In this document: in pieces, positions 16,151 to 28,959 of the stretch
How the letters are laid out: every line of letters starts with the position of its first letter
Position numbering within the stretch: position 1 is the first letter of the stretch
IMG/VR virus record: IMGVR_UViG_3300028805_000094
Span: 16,181 to 80,180 of that record
Strand: one strand, 5' to 3'
Source of the DNA: a virus
Taxonomy: Duplodnaviria; Caudoviricetes
Length of the DNA: 64,000 nt
Program-made: the position numbers and the translations under genes
The notes under the pieces: model-generated
Databases searched by the model: none
Seen by the model: only the letters and a program-made list of their open reading frames with translations
Told to the model about the DNA's origin: nothing

Positions 16151-16538
16151 TTTTGTTTACCTCTTTTCTTTTGTTTTTTTCCCTTGCGGTGATTGTATCT
16201 TACACCCTACAGAATTAAAAGTCAATACCTTTTTTTCGCTTTTTTTATCTTTTTTTCGCGTTTTCTTTCGATTCGTCAAAATGCACAAAAACGGGGCGGT
16301 CTTTTTTACGCGGTCAGATGCGAATTTCTGCCCTATACGTAACACATGTTATTTTATTTTTGAAATACTGACAGGGTGTCAATTATAATTGTTATTTAAT
16401 TTTTGCCGTCTGTCAAGTTTTTAACAATCTGCGCGACGCAGGAGCAGGAGATTGACAGAATTTTCACAAGGCGGGGCGGTACAATCGGGAATGTTAGGGT
16501 CGTCTAACACGCCCGCTTCGCGGGCCTGGACAAATTCC

Positions 16539-16644
16539 ACCAACTTTTTTAAAACCAACTTTTTTAAAATTGACTTTCACCAACTTTCCACCAACTTTTT
16601 TCAAAATTATTCTACCAACTACCCACCAATTATTACAAACCAAT
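16539..16644 (+). repeat. seven ACCAA(C/T) direct repeats with T-tracts upstream of the rightward promoter
   Basis: ACCAAC at 16539, 16554, 16579, 16590 and 16614; ACCAAT at 16625 and 16639. Confidence 0.85.
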
Positions 16645-16646
16645 AC

Positions 16647-16675
16647 TTGACTTTTCTAATAAAATATGATAAAAT
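16647..16675 (+). promoter_or_regulatory. sigma-A promoter for the rightward virion operon
   Basis: TTGACT, 17 nt, TGa-TAAAAT, followed by a GGAGGT RBS at 16685. Confidence 0.75.
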
Positions 16676-16697
16676 ATCCATAACGGAGGTGACTGCT

Positions 16698-18020
16698 TTG
16701 AAAAAGGCATACAGCTTAGACTACTCCATAGAACGTGATAATGATAGGGTCGCCGCAATATATGATATATTAGATTAGTTACCAAGCGACCCCACCTCCA
16801 CAGATTTGGAATAGATGGCAAATTATATATTATATGGGAAAGATGAGAATGGGCAAAATGCCATACAAAGGGGCGAAGCCACCAATGGCAACACCCGTTA
16901 CAATTCGTTTAAAACCAAAGAAGATACCAACCTATCGTTAGAGGCCATATTAGATAATCCGATGGCCGACCAGCAAGACTTAGCACCATAGTTAAAACAT
17001 GAAGTATATATAAAGAAAACTCGTACTATTGCGCGCCCGAAATATAATAAGAAGACCGGCGAGCTAATTGAAGTGGGGGATAGTGATATTCCAGGTATGC
17101 AAGAACTATGGGAGCGCATAGACCACCTGGAACATTGGATAGCGGCAATAGAGGGCCGCGTAGTACCCAATGAGTAGGATGAAATATTTGATAATTCCTA
17201 TCGTCTATATTAGTTGAAACATATATTGATAGATTTGCGGCGCCACCAATACTATTTAAAAGATTACTATAAACCCGTAATTAAATTTTAGGCAATAGAC
17301 CATCCGCACGCCCAATTCTATGATTGGACTGCTGATTCCTTCTATTGGATGCCCTACGAGCAATGGCGGGCCCGCGTAGATAATGCCCTACTACATACTA
17401 TATCCAAAGACCTTCAAGATTATGAAGTAGATGGCATTGCGCCCGACTGCAAGGTTAAATGGGTAGTGCGGCGCCACATATTCAATTGGGAAGACCCTCT
17501 CCACGTAAGGGCGCTAATAAATAATTATGAGTTGCTATATTAGTATATGCATGATAAGTTGAATACCTATGGGTATACTTTATTACTGGACTTTGAACGG
17601 TATAGAAAAATGGCGGCCTTATCCCCTGTGCGCGAGTACCTATTAGAATAGAAGATATTACATACGCCCTATGATAAAATTATAGAGGGGCTACAAGTCA
17701 ATTTTGATTTGCGCTATAATGAGAATCACCTAAGTACCATATTGGCGCAGGAAATACCTCAAAAGATTGCTATGGCCGCGACTAAGCATCGTCTAATATT
17801 AGATACGCCGCTGGAAAATATGAAGACTTGTTCTCATTGTGGCGCGGTTCTACCAAGAACTAACTTATTCTTTGCCTATAATCGTAGTCGTAGAGATGGT
17901 TATTCTTCCAGTTGTAAGGAATGTGAGAGATTGATGAGAATATAGAGAGGAGGGCAGACTGCACATGACAAGCGAAGCAAAGAGTCGTAGATGTCTAAAA
18001 TGTAGGCAAGAAAAGCCTGA
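16698..18020 (+). CDS. first late-operon protein with C-terminal CxxC...CxxC zinc ribbon (TAG read as Gln)
   Basis: Manually translated without TAA/TGA from the TTG at 16698 through several TAG; joins track ORFs 16452, 17349 and 17709. The 3' end is uncertain (TAG at 17943 versus TGA at 18018). Confidence 0.7.
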
Positions 18021-18915
18021 GTATGCTTTTGCCCATACGCCCAGTAAATTCTTCCCTGGTCATCGCTCTCTAATATGCACAAATTGTTTAGAGACTATGA
18101 TAGATTAGAGTAACTTAGGGGAAGTAGACAGGTTATGTAGGTACTTAGATGTGCCATTTGACTTAAATAGATGGACGCAATTGTATTCTACACACAAGGA
18201 CAAAACATTATCAGCATATTTTAATACCTTGTTAGACGATCACTATTCTGCTTTATAGTGGGCAGATGAAAACGAACGATGGCGTTTGGCACGCGAAGAA
18301 GAAACTATAAATGAAGAAATGGAAGTTCTAAGCGCGGCGAAGCTACGTCGTCTCCGAAAGGAATGGTCGTCTACCTATACAGAAGAAGAGCTATTATGGC
18401 TGGATGAATACTATAATTAGATATTAGCCACACAAAATGTATCGACGCCAATATTGAAGTCGCGCGCTCGCGACCTATGCGAGCTTACCTTACGTTCTAA
18501 GAAAGGCATACGCGAGGGGGCGGATGTAAAAAAGGATATGGACGCCATAGAGAATATTATAAAGAACTGCCATTTTGAAGCCTCTAATGCAAAATCTGCG
18601 GCAGACTTTGAATCCGTAGGTGAGCTAATGGTTTACTATGGCAAGAAAGGATGGCACCCAAATTGGCATACGGAGCCACAGGACTCTATAGACTTTATGA
18701 TGGAAAATATTCAAAATTATTTGAAACGTTTAGTTATGAATGAAGGCAATTTTGCTGAACAGGTCGAAGAGAAGCGCGCACGCTATAATATGACTGAGCG
18801 CCTTGAAGAAATTGAGAATGAAGCGGTTGAATTTGATGAAAATGCGGACATAGAATATGAAGGAGACGATGAACTCGCGGCAGACCTTCAAAGTGAAGGT
18901 GAGATGAATGAATAA
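17965..18915 (+). CDS. probable terminase small subunit or terminase-associated protein (TAG=Gln)
   Basis: ATG at 17965 behind AGGAGG; N-terminal CLKC...CTNC; directly upstream of and overlapping terL. Confidence 0.6.
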
Positions 18916-20689
18916 AGATGCGGTTCTTCGTGATGGTACGCCAATTGAAAAAGGAATCGTATTAACAAAAGAGTTTCTTGACTCAAATCAAGCTTTATTC
19001 ACTCGCTATTTAGATTTATGGATTCGTTATCCAGACTTATTGCTTGATATGATTCAAGACTATGAAGATTCAAAAAATTTTCATATAATGCCTTTTTAGC
19101 GTATTGAATTGCGCGCATCTATGCGATATAGGTACACATTTTGGACTGCCACACGCGCGACCTCTAAATCATTTACGGCTTATTTAAGTGCCTTTATGCG
19201 AGCAATGTTATTGCCTCGTTCAACGATAATGATTGCTTCTGATACGAAAGGTACAGTTATTAAAATTGCCGAAGCAAAGTTTGAAGAAATTTTTAGGCAC
19301 TGGCCTCTATTAAGAAAAGAACTCGCTACGAGAGTAGATGATGGAAAAACTGGCGTTAAATCAAGTAACAATTATTACGAGATTTATCTAAAAAATGGCA
19401 GTTTAATTTCTGTTGTATCTAAGGATACTTCTCGTGGCTTGCGCGCGACCGCTGCAATTTTGGAAGAAGCTGCATTAATTGAAGAAATACCTTTTAATGA
19501 AGTCCTCTGGCCGCAAATGAACATTGCACGACGTGAAGTAGATGGAACCATAAATCCCAATGAGCCAAGTGCTTCGTAGATTTTCATAACTACTGCCGCG
19601 GAACGTACTGTATTCATGTATTAGAAATTGATAGAAATTACCGTTAATGCAGTATTGCGCCCAAAGGAATACTTTTCTTGGGGGCTAAGTTATGAAGTAC
19701 CTCTTCATTATGGATTAATAGATAAAGCAACTCTTATGGACTAGCGATATTCTAACACTGTTAGTGAGGATTCATTCGCGCGCGAAAGTTTATCAATTTG
19801 GTCTGGCAACAGTAAGGAAGCCTGGTTAGATTCTAAAAAATTAGTAAAAAGAAGAACTTTATTAAAATGTGAGCGAAAAGCACAAGAAAATCCAACTAAT
19901 CCTGACACTTTTTATTTGATAGGTGCTGATATAGCTCGTTATTCAGCGAATACCGCAATTATGGTAATAAAGGTAACTCCTAATGATAATGGCTTTAAAA
20001 AGAACGTCGTTTATACAGAAGTTATACATGGCGCTAATTATATCACTGAACAAGCGCCTAGATTGAAAAAGTTAATATAGTTATATAATCCACGAGAGAT
20101 AGTCATTGATGGAAACGGCCCAGGAATTGGTCTATTAGATGCTATGGCAGTTCCATCAATAGATGCTAGAACTGGTGAACAATTTAAACCCTATTATGCT
20201 TTTAATAATGAGCATCATTTACCTGAATAGATGAAAAATGAAAGTGAATACCCTAGACCAGAATATGATGCTATTATATATGATATAAAAGCTGGTGCTG
20301 GAAATGATGATGCTATACATTCTAATTTTTTTGCACAGATTAATAATGGCACCGTTTCTTTTTTGGCACATGAACGTATTGTAAAGGATAAATTAATGTA
20401 GACCAAAAAAGGAAGGAAGATGACTCCTTATGATAGAAGGGTTTATCTTATGCCTTATGAAATGACTTCTAGATTAATAGATGAATTAAATAATTTAAAA
20501 TTAAAGCCTACTGGCGTATAGAATCAATTCAAAGTAGAGCGAATCTCTCGTTCTATTGAGAAAGACCGGTTTAGTGCATTAGAGTATGGGCTTTATAGAG
20601 TAAAATATTATGAAGATAAGAGTTTAAAGAAAAAGAAGAAACGCGATTTTGGTTCATATATCTTTTTAAATCATAAGAGTAGGAGGTGA
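18908..20689 (+). CDS. terL: terminase large subunit (TAG=Gln), 593 aa
   Basis: Walker A-like ATRATSKSF, Walker B AILEEA, coupling motif QIFITTA (Q encoded by TAG), nuclease motifs GADIAR, VIDGNG and KDRFSALEY; continuous to the TGA at 20687. Confidence 0.92.
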
Positions 20690-20696
20690 GATAAAG

Positions 20697-22253
20697 TTGG
20701 CTGAACAGAAAAAATATACTTTTACGGATTTTAAAAATAAAGTTCGTAAAAGTAACTTACGAGTTAATAGAATGCCTGTTAATGAGCGCGCGTATCGCTC
20801 TTCTTGGGGATACCGACAGAATGTGCCAGTAGCGGATGATTTTACTTTAGATGAAATTTTAGACATAATTAGATCTGGAGATTTTGAATCATTACGAGAG
20901 TTGTCAAGATATTATTATAGAACAAATAGCAATTATAGAAATAATATTGACTTCCTTGCTCATCTCCCACTGTATGATAATCTAGTTATTCCTATCTATG
21001 AAGAAGGGAAGGGATCACAAGCTTAGATTACAAAGGCGTTTTATAATGCTTGTGATTTCATAGAAAAATTGGATATACCTAATACTTTTGCTAGAATAAC
21101 AGTAGAATGGTTACTAAATGGAGTATATTATGGTATCTTGCGTGAAGATGGCGAGCAAGCTGTAATATAGGATTTAGCGATCTCATACTGTCGTAATAGA
21201 TTTAAAGATTTTAATAATTTAGATATATTAGAATTTAACTTACAGTATTTTGATAATATTCCTGATGCAGAGATGCGCGCCGAGGCATTAAAAACTTTCC
21301 CTAAAATGATTCAACAAGAATATATTCGTTGGAAGAGTGGAAAATATAAAATGTCTCAGTGGGTGCCTATCCCAGCCGCAATGGGAGGGATATGTTTTAG
21401 TTTCTCTAACGATCCAATTCCTCTTCTAATCGCCAGTATTCCAGAATTAAAGAAATTAGATGATGCTATTAATAGAGAAGAAAAGCGTGATGAAAATGAA
21501 TTATATAAGTTATTAATTCAACGTATGCCAATTAGTAATAATGGCGAATTAGTCTTTTAGCTTGAAGAAGTTGCGGATATTCATGAGTCAGTTGCCAGTA
21601 TGTTAGCTGATGTAGATACAGTAGACGTTTTAACGACTTTTGGAGAAACAGATTTAGAGAGCTTATAGGATTCTTCCGCGGCAACCCAAGCATCAGATAG
21701 AATTGCAAAATATAGAAAAGATACTTGGGCCGCGCTTGGTAGAGGAGAAATTCTATTTAATCCAGAAAACAGTTCGACTTTAGCATATCAATTAAAGAAA
21801 GATGAAGCTTTAATGATCGGGTATTTAAATACCTATGAAACGTGGCTTAAATATAATTTAAATGATAAGTTCGCGCGAAAAGATGTTGAGTTTGATTTTA
21901 AAATACTCCCAACCACTGTGTTTAATCGCAGCGATTTATAGCAATCATATTTCCGAGGCGCGCAATATGGATATTCTAAAATGATTGCGGGCGTAGCTAT
22001 GGGTGTAAAATAGAGGGATCAATTAAGTTTAATGAATTTTGAAAATGAATTCTTAAAGATGTCAGAAAAAATGGTTCCATTACAATCTTCATATACAACT
22101 TCTGGAACTGCTGTTGCAAATGAAGAAAAAACTGCGAAAAATACAACAGAAACGGTCAAGGTTCAAGACATAACAAATACTGGGGGAAGACCAGAATTAC
22201 CCGATGAATAGAAGTCTGAGAAAACTCAGGCAAATATCGCGGCAATGGGATAA
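20697..22253 (+). CDS. portal protein (TAG=Gln), 518 aa
   Basis: Follows terL; open to the TAA at 22251 through TAGs; C-terminal PLQSSYT...GGRPE motif typical of this portal class. Confidence 0.82.
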
Positions 22254-22268
22254 TAGGAGAGAATTATT

Positions 22269-23522
22269 ATGGATAGATAGATACCACTTAATTTTGAGTC
22301 AATGATAATTGATTCTCCCGTCCAAGAAATTTCAACTGCCAATCCTAATATATATCGTTTAAAAGTGCGCGTATTTACTAAATATGCTAATAGAAACGGT
22401 TCATATATTACTGAGGAAGTGGCAAATCAATTAATAGAAAGCGCAACAAATGGCTTAACTCCTGTTGTTGGATTTTTTGATCCTGAGACGAAGACTTGGG
22501 CTTCTCATACAGGCCCTACATTAGCTAATGCGTATGGTTATGTAGAAGATTTCTTGGGATGGGAACCATTTCTTGATACAGATGGGGTTACTAGAGAATA
22601 TGCAGTATTTTCTGTAATGCTATTTACTGAATATTATGAAGAAGCGAAAAACATTATTAATTAGAATCAAAGCATGGAATTAAATCCAAAATCTATTACG
22701 GGAGATTGGGCAGAAATTCAAGGCGAATATTATTATGTCTATACTACCGCAAAGATGATGGGATTCTGTGTAATTGGTTCTCATGAGCCTTGTTTTTCAG
22801 TTTCGGCATTCTTTTCAAAGGATGAATAGACTCGTAATGAATAGCTTTCATAGATTTCTTCACTTTTATTTGATTTAAAAAAGCAAGTAGAAGGAATGGA
22901 TAAGAAAGAACAAGGAGGAATACAACCGATGGATGAGTTTGAAAACAATCAGCCCGCTCCAGAGGAAGAAGTCAAAGAACCAAAAGAAGAGGAAAAGCCT
23001 GCTGAGTTTGAGGGGCAGGTAGAAGAAACTCCTTCTGAAGAAGAGGGGAAGCAAGAAGAAAAAGTAGCCTCTGATTTTGAAGTACTTCAGAACAGCTTTA
23101 ATGAATTAACCGAAGCGTTTAATGATTTAAAGACTAAATATGAAGAAGCGATGACAACTATCTCTCAATATAAAGAAGCTTCTGAAAAGGCTGAAAAAGA
23201 TTTTAATGAAAAATATTCCGCTCTTGAAGCTAAGAATGTGGAATTACAAGAAATTTCTAACAAATATAATGCAATGATTGAGCAGAAAGCGTTAGATGAA
23301 AAGAATTTATTAATACAAAAATATGAAAAACTTATTGATGAAGAAGAAATTGGTGTAATTCGTGAGTAGATTAATGACTTTTCTTATGATGAATTGGAAA
23401 GCAAGTTAGCGATTTGTTTTGCTAATAAGCAGATGGCCGGCGGTGAAGAGAAGAAAGTGCCACTACCAGAGCCTCAAGAATCTCAATTCGCTTTACTTAT
23501 GAAGAAATATCGTAAAAATTAA
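22269..23522 (+). CDS. prohead protease / scaffold (TAG=Gln), 417 aa
   Basis: Between portal and capsid genes; N-terminal protease-like region (NRNGS...QSMEL) and acidic coiled-coil C-terminus. Confidence 0.75.
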
Positions 23523-23536
23523 GGAGGAATAAAGCT

Positions 23537-24118
23537 ATGAAAAGATTTCCACTAGAGCAGTATGCTTCTCTAGAATTAAATCAAGTTGCTTTCTCCAAGA
23601 CTGGCATGGTAGTTTCTCAGACTCCTCTTGGCTCTGAGTTTACCGCTGCGAATCCTTGTGAGAATGGTATGTGGGTACTTGCTGATAAAGCTGTTGGCAC
23701 AATTGGTTCCGCCGCGGCTGTTACTGATACCCCAATCGGTATTGTTTATACCGCTGAAAAAGAATATGATGACGCACATTATGGACTAAAGACCTTTGGT
23801 CGCAAGATTGCGGGTGACTATCCTCGCGTTGGCATTCTTGGTCTTGGTGACACTGTAACCACGAACTGCTTACAGTATGACGAGACTGAATTTGCCGCCG
23901 TAACTACTAGTGGTAGTGAAAAAACTTCTGATGAAGTTCTATTTGATGCTTTAAAAGCATGTGATACCACTCCTGTCTATGTTTGCCTAGTTGCCGGTTC
24001 TCCAGTTCCAAAGCTAACTGGTACTAAGCCAAATGCTGGTATCTATGGTAAGGTTACTAAATTCTACACTGTACCTAACGGCGAGAAAGGCGTTAAGTAT
24101 CAGATTGTAAGTCTATAA
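23537..24118 (+). CDS. head decoration / capsid-associated protein
   Basis: Directly upstream of the MCP; strong RBS; highly biased codons; no TAG. Confidence 0.65.
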   Translation: MKRFPLEQYASLELNQVAFSKTGMVVSQTPLGSEFTAANPCENGMWVLADKAVGTIGSAAAVTDTPIGIVYTAEKEYDDAHYGLKTFGRKIAGDYPRVGILGLGDTVTTNCLQYDETEFAAVTTSGSEKTSDEVLFDALKACDTTPVYVCLVAGSPVPKLTGTKPNAGIYGKVTKFYTVPNGEKGVKYQIVSL

Positions 24119-24132
24119 TGGAGGTGCGAACT

Positions 24133-25209
24133 ATGAATAATCTACAAGTTCTTATGAACGGCGTATTCGGTCGTAAAGTACCTGCTGAGTTCGCCGCCGA
24201 AAATTATGATTATGAAGCTGCGCTCAGAGATGAGCTAACTAAGCTTCTTTGCGATAGTAACGGTAAAATTAATCGTTATAAATTCGAGCGCAATAAGTAT
24301 GACCTATTTGAACTACTTTCTCAGAATCTTGATGAAGTACTTCCTCGTAGTGTTAGTGCTGCGCTTGACATGTTTACCGAGGTAATTCAGGTTCCCCAGG
24401 GCTCTCGTCTTGAGTTCCGTGTTACTCGCGGCAAGCAGCGCGGCAAGCAGTTTGTAACCCGTGCTACTGAATCTGGTAACTATGAAGCCTTCCGTCTTGA
24501 TCGGGATAAGTTTGATGTATATCCAGTTGCTATTGGTGGTTCTGGTATTATCGACTTTGAGCGTTATCTTGATGGTGTTGAGGATCTAACTGATATTTAT
24601 CAGGTTATTAATGAAGGTATTGTTGATCGTATCTTTGAGATGGTTCAGGAGACCCTACTCCAGTCTTGGAATCTCGCGGGCCGTCCTGCGGCGAATAAGG
24701 TCAACGTTAATGGTTTTGACCCAGTTGCTATGACGAAGCTCTGCAATACTGTTGCTGCTTATGGCGCGCCAGTAATTTATTGCTCTCCTGAGTTTGCTTC
24801 TGATATGGTTAATGCTATTATTTATAACAACACCACGAAGATTTCTGATCAGGACATGATTGATGTTCGTGAGCGTGGCTATATCGGCAAGTTCCATGGC
24901 GTTCCTGTTGTAATTCTACCTCAGTCTTTTGTTGATGATACAAATACTAAGACTGTTATGAATCCTTGCTTTGCGTATGTTATTCCCGCCGGTCGTGAAA
25001 AACTCGTTAAGCTTGGCTTCGAGGGCAATTCTTACTTCCGTGAGTGGGAGCATGAGGGCGACAACGGCATCCAGTTACAGGCTTATGTAAAGGTTGGTTG
25101 CGGTATCTATTCTACTCCTAACTATTGGGGTATTTATTATAATAGCGCTCTTAACGCGAATGGCCGCGATGGTGGCTGGGCTGCGTACAATAGCGCACTA
25201 GTAAAGTAA
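24133..25209 (+). CDS. major capsid protein
   Basis: Position and size (~358 aa); highly expressed codon bias; GYIGKFHGVPVV motif typical of the HK97-fold P domain; no TAG. Confidence 0.85.
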   Translation: MNNLQVLMNGVFGRKVPAEFAAENYDYEAALRDELTKLLCDSNGKINRYKFERNKYDLFELLSQNLDEVLPRSVSAALDMFTEVIQVPQGSRLEFRVTRGKQRGKQFVTRATESGNYEAFRLDRDKFDVYPVAIGGSGIIDFERYLDGVEDLTDIYQVINEGIVDRIFEMVQETLLQSWNLAGRPAANKVNVNGFDPVAMTKLCNTVAAYGAPVIYCSPEFASDMVNAIIYNNTTKISDQDMIDVRERGYIGKFHGVPVVILPQSFVDDTNTKTVMNPCFAYVIPAGREKLVKLGFEGNSYFREWEHEGDNGIQLQAYVKVGCGIYSTPNYWGIYYNSALNANGRDGGWAAYNSALVK

Positions 25210-25276
25210 TTTATGATATAAAGGGGTGAGTGAAAAAATCTCACTCACCCCATTTAAGAGGTAAAAGGAGGATTTT

Positions 25277-25717
25277 ATGATTACAGTTAAAAATATTAGT
25301 TCTGCATTAGTAGTATTAATGCTTCCAGATTTACATTTCCGCAGAGAGCTAATGCCTGGGCGCGAAATTCCAATTAAGCAAGAGGAATATGAGGCTATGA
25401 CTTTTGATCCTGGTATTATGAATATGCTACAAGATCATTATATAAGATTTAATGGTATAACAGAGGAAGAGCAACCTGTTACCATTAATAATGATGAAGT
25501 ATATGAAGCTGCGAATATAAAAAAGATGCTTGAAGAACAAGATATTACTAATTTTGCTAAATTCATTCCAACCGCCGCTCCCGCAGAAAAGGATGCCGTT
25601 GTTAAATATGCAACTGATCTTGGAATTACTAATGGCGGCTTTGTTACTTTAATTAAAAAATATTGTGATGTTGATATTATAAATGCTATTAATACTCAGC
25701 ATCAGCTTAATTCCTAA
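25277..25717 (+). CDS. virion morphogenesis protein (hypothetical)
   Basis: First gene after the MCP, with a strong RBS. Confidence 0.6.
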   Translation: MITVKNISSALVVLMLPDLHFRRELMPGREIPIKQEEYEAMTFDPGIMNMLQDHYIRFNGITEEEQPVTINNDEVYEAANIKKMLEEQDITNFAKFIPTAAPAEKDAVVKYATDLGITNGGFVTLIKKYCDVDIINAINTQHQLNS

Positions 25718-26205
25718 TGGCAACTCCCTTTTTAAAGGTATATGATGCGTTTCTTGCGCGCATAACCGCAGACGAATGGACTCTTGAAGAAGAGCTTGCC
25801 ATAGTAGAGCGGGATTGGCAGGAACTTCTTAAAATGGCCATTTTTAGATTTAAATATCCTAGGGTAAGCTTAGATATAGAAGAAGTTGATTCCGAAGTTA
25901 CTGACGATCACCATTTACATTCTTATCAGTTTGTAGAAAATTTGTCTAATGATGAAATTCAATTACTAGCTTTATATATGAAGCATGAATGGGTAAAACG
26001 ATGTATAGCTAGTTGGGAGAATATTAGACAACTATATGCAGATAAGGATTTTAGTCAAGCAAATCACCTTGATAAGTTAAATAAACTAGAAGCCGCTGTA
26101 AGAGAAGAAGTTGATAAAGCTGTGGGAATTTATGACCGTTCAAGAAATAAGCGTCCCGCCGCATTATTTAAAAAATTGGCAGGAAAGAAAAATAATGCAA
26201 ACTGA
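25717..26205 (+). CDS. head-tail adaptor/connector-like protein
   Basis: Synteny; helical protein with ATPFxxVYDAFLxxI N-terminus. Confidence 0.55.
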   Translation: MATPFLKVYDAFLARITADEWTLEEELAIVERDWQELLKMAIFRFKYPRVSLDIEEVDSEVTDDHHLHSYQFVENLSNDEIQLLALYMKHEWVKRCIASWENIRQLYADKDFSQANHLDKLNKLEAAVREEVDKAVGIYDRSRNKRPAALFKKLAGKKNNAN

Positions 26206-26476
26206 ATCATCTATAACCTTTGACGGGTATAAAAATAAATTAAAAGGGCGGCTTTATGGTTTATTATGTGAAAGAGAAAAAAATGGCGAGTGGGAAAAAT
26301 TTTTAGATTCTATTATTATAGAGATTCAAGGATTGGGCGCGCAGAGCATAAATTGGTGGCCCTTAATCGGAAAACTAAATATGTTAAGAATGCTATCTTA
26401 CGATTATTTCCGTAAGACAATCTTTGAATGCATGAATCTAATTGGAGGGCTAGAAGAGCCTAATGAACTATCTTGA
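26195..26476 (+). CDS. hypothetical protein in the head-tail cluster
   Basis: ATG at 26195 overlaps the upstream stop. Confidence 0.6.
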   Translation: MQTESSITFDGYKNKLKGRLYGLLCEREKNGEWEKFLDSIIIEIQGLGAQSINWWPLIGKLNMLRMLSYDYFRKTIFECMNLIGGLEEPNELS

Positions 26477-27659
26477 TGTTTATTTCTCTAGACTTAATCA
26501 TTTAGGTGAGACTACTGCTGAACGTGTACGAAATGGTGGAATTAGATCGTTTGAAAAGTGGAAAGAAGAATCTCCACACACTATAAGAAATTTATCTGTT
26601 GAACGAGGAATTTATTTTGATGGTATTATATTAACTAATAAAGATAAAGAATATTCAAAAATAATGTTTTTGAATGTTGCGAATGACATTCCTTTACTTA
26701 TTGGGGATATAATGAATTGGACGACAGATGATGGAAAAGAAGAAAAATGGATACTTTTTTAGGAAGAGAAAAAAGTTAATGGAACTTATAGAACTTTTTG
26801 GATTATTAGATGTAATTATTTGCTAAAGTGGATTGATAATTTAGGACATTTACAATAGTCTTGGGGTTATATTGTTAGTTCCGTGGATAGTAAGATTAAA
26901 GGCAATTTTAGGACGTGGAATTCACTAATTACACCACAACCTAATAAATATGCTGAAATCCTTATGCCACGCTATCCAATTAATAGAGCTACCAATTTTA
27001 TTGTAGAAGAAGAATCTTGGACTGTGGTTGAATATGACCACACGAGCGTGCCAGGAGTTATTTATCTTTCACTAACTGAGGGCAAGATAAATAGCATTTA
27101 TGATGACTTAAAGAACAATATTGCTGATACAGATAAATTAGCTAATTATAAAATTATAGTTCCAGCGGAAAAATAGAATTTTGCAATAGGGCAGACTATT
27201 ATTCCTTCTTTTACATTAACTAAAAATGGAATTCCAATAGATGCTGAAATAGAACTACTACCAACGGATAAGAAGGTTGCACGCATTATAGACGGCGCGC
27301 TTACCGCGGTAGGTAATGGAGAAACAAAGATAATGGTAAGATTAAAAGATTATCCATCTATCTTTGATTACATAGATGTTGTTATTGATACAGAACCCGA
27401 AGTCTTTTCTGCGTATATTGAAGGAAAAGATAGTATACGATTAGACCGCGAATCAGCGTATAAATTAATAGGTACTAATGATTTAGATGATGAAGTAGAA
27501 TTTTCAATTGATACTACATTAGCTACAATTAAGAAAATAGACTCTACATCATGTTTAATTCATACGAATAATAAGAACTTATTAGGAAGTTTTACATTAA
27601 CAGCGACTTATAAAGGAACTTCATATACAAAAGAAATAAATGTAATACCATTATGGTGA
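26463..27659 (+). CDS. neck/head-closure protein with Ig-like C-terminal domains (TAG=Gln)
   Basis: Track ORFs 26463, 26883 and 27333 join in one frame through TAGs to the TGA at 27657. Confidence 0.7.
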
Positions 27660-27669
27660 GGTGGGAAAA

Positions 27670-28173
27670 ATGGATTTAGAAATGACACAGCGACGCTTCT
27701 CTGTAATGGGAATGAATACTTTTAGAATTGCGAATAAGTTAATGTAGAATTAGAGAATTTGCAGGCTATTAAAGTATCAGGTGCGCGACCCCTTTAACAA
27801 AGAGAAATATCCTGATGTTGATGGGGCAGAATTAATTAATAAGTAGATATTAATTATTCCTAAAATTTATGATGACAGTACAGAAAAGATGTCATATATA
27901 ACAGCTATTTTTGATGACTTTGTGGTAAATCAATTAAATCCAGAATTTAAAACATCAACAGTACGATTTGATATAGCATGTCCTTATGATGAATGGCTAT
28001 TAGATGATCGTTCTTTACGGCCTTATTTAATAATGTAGGAAATAGATACAATGTTTAATGAGGGTAAATTAGCAGGAATAGGTACATTACAATTTCATAG
28101 AGCAGATAATCTGACATTATCCCCTTGGATTGGTGGATATTCTATGAGGTATAAAATTAATGAATTTAACTGA
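27670..28173 (+). CDS. tail completion/terminator-like protein (TAG=Gln)
   Basis: Absent from the standard-code track; manual translation gives 167 aa (…FDIACPYDEW…LRPYLIMQEID…GIGTLQF). Confidence 0.65.
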
Positions 28174-28933
28174 TGATGAGGTTCTGAAATTTTAGAAAGG
28201 AACTCCCATATTATTAGGAGATATATGTGCTATATATTCTGCTACTATTGGTGAAATAGTTGAAATAGGATATTCTAAGTTTCAAGCGTATCTTGGAATT
28301 TTAACAGCTATGAAGCCTGATCCAAAAGATTGTAAGGACGCATAGCTGAAATAGGTTCTTGAAGAAATAACAGATTTTTAGTATATGTTAATGATGACCG
28401 GTATTGATGATTCTGTTAATAAAATGACAAGAGAAGCTTTTAATTTTTTCATTCATGATGATGTGATTTTTTCATTAGACCCTGCGTAGATTGTAGTTGG
28501 TCGGATAGAAGAAAAACACATAATGGATGAAGAGAAATTTTATGAATTTCAGAGAATTCTTCGTAGAATGTATTTCTTAGAGCAAGAAGGCGAAGAGATC
28601 GTAATTCATGAAAATGACCCTCCTGCTACTAAACGGTTGAAAATGCAAATGCGGCGAAACCGTGAAAGAGTGAGGAAAGCGAAAGCTAAGCAGGCCGCGC
28701 GAGAAAAAACTGATTTAAATTTTTCTGATTTGATCGGTAGCATTTGTATTAATAATTGCGGCCTAAATATGGAAAATATTTGGAATATTACTTATTATGC
28801 TTTACAAGACTAGTTAAAACGCATGGGATGGAGAGATTAGTTTGATATAAACAACCGTGCGGCTTTGGCTGGTGCTAAACTAAATAAAAAACAGTTGAAA
28901 CATTGGATGCGTTCAATTGGCAATTTTGAATAA
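28160..28933 (+). CDS. tail-associated protein, possible assembly chaperone (TAG=Gln)
   Basis: Open from the ATG at 28160 to the TAA at 28931 through TAGs; precedes the tail tube gene. Confidence 0.6.
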
Positions 28934-28959
28934 TCATGATTTTATAGGAGGTAACTCAT

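Noticed and set aside
16452-16485. Plus-strand promoter TTGACA...TACAAT
   Set aside because: The 22-nt spacer is too long for sigma-A.
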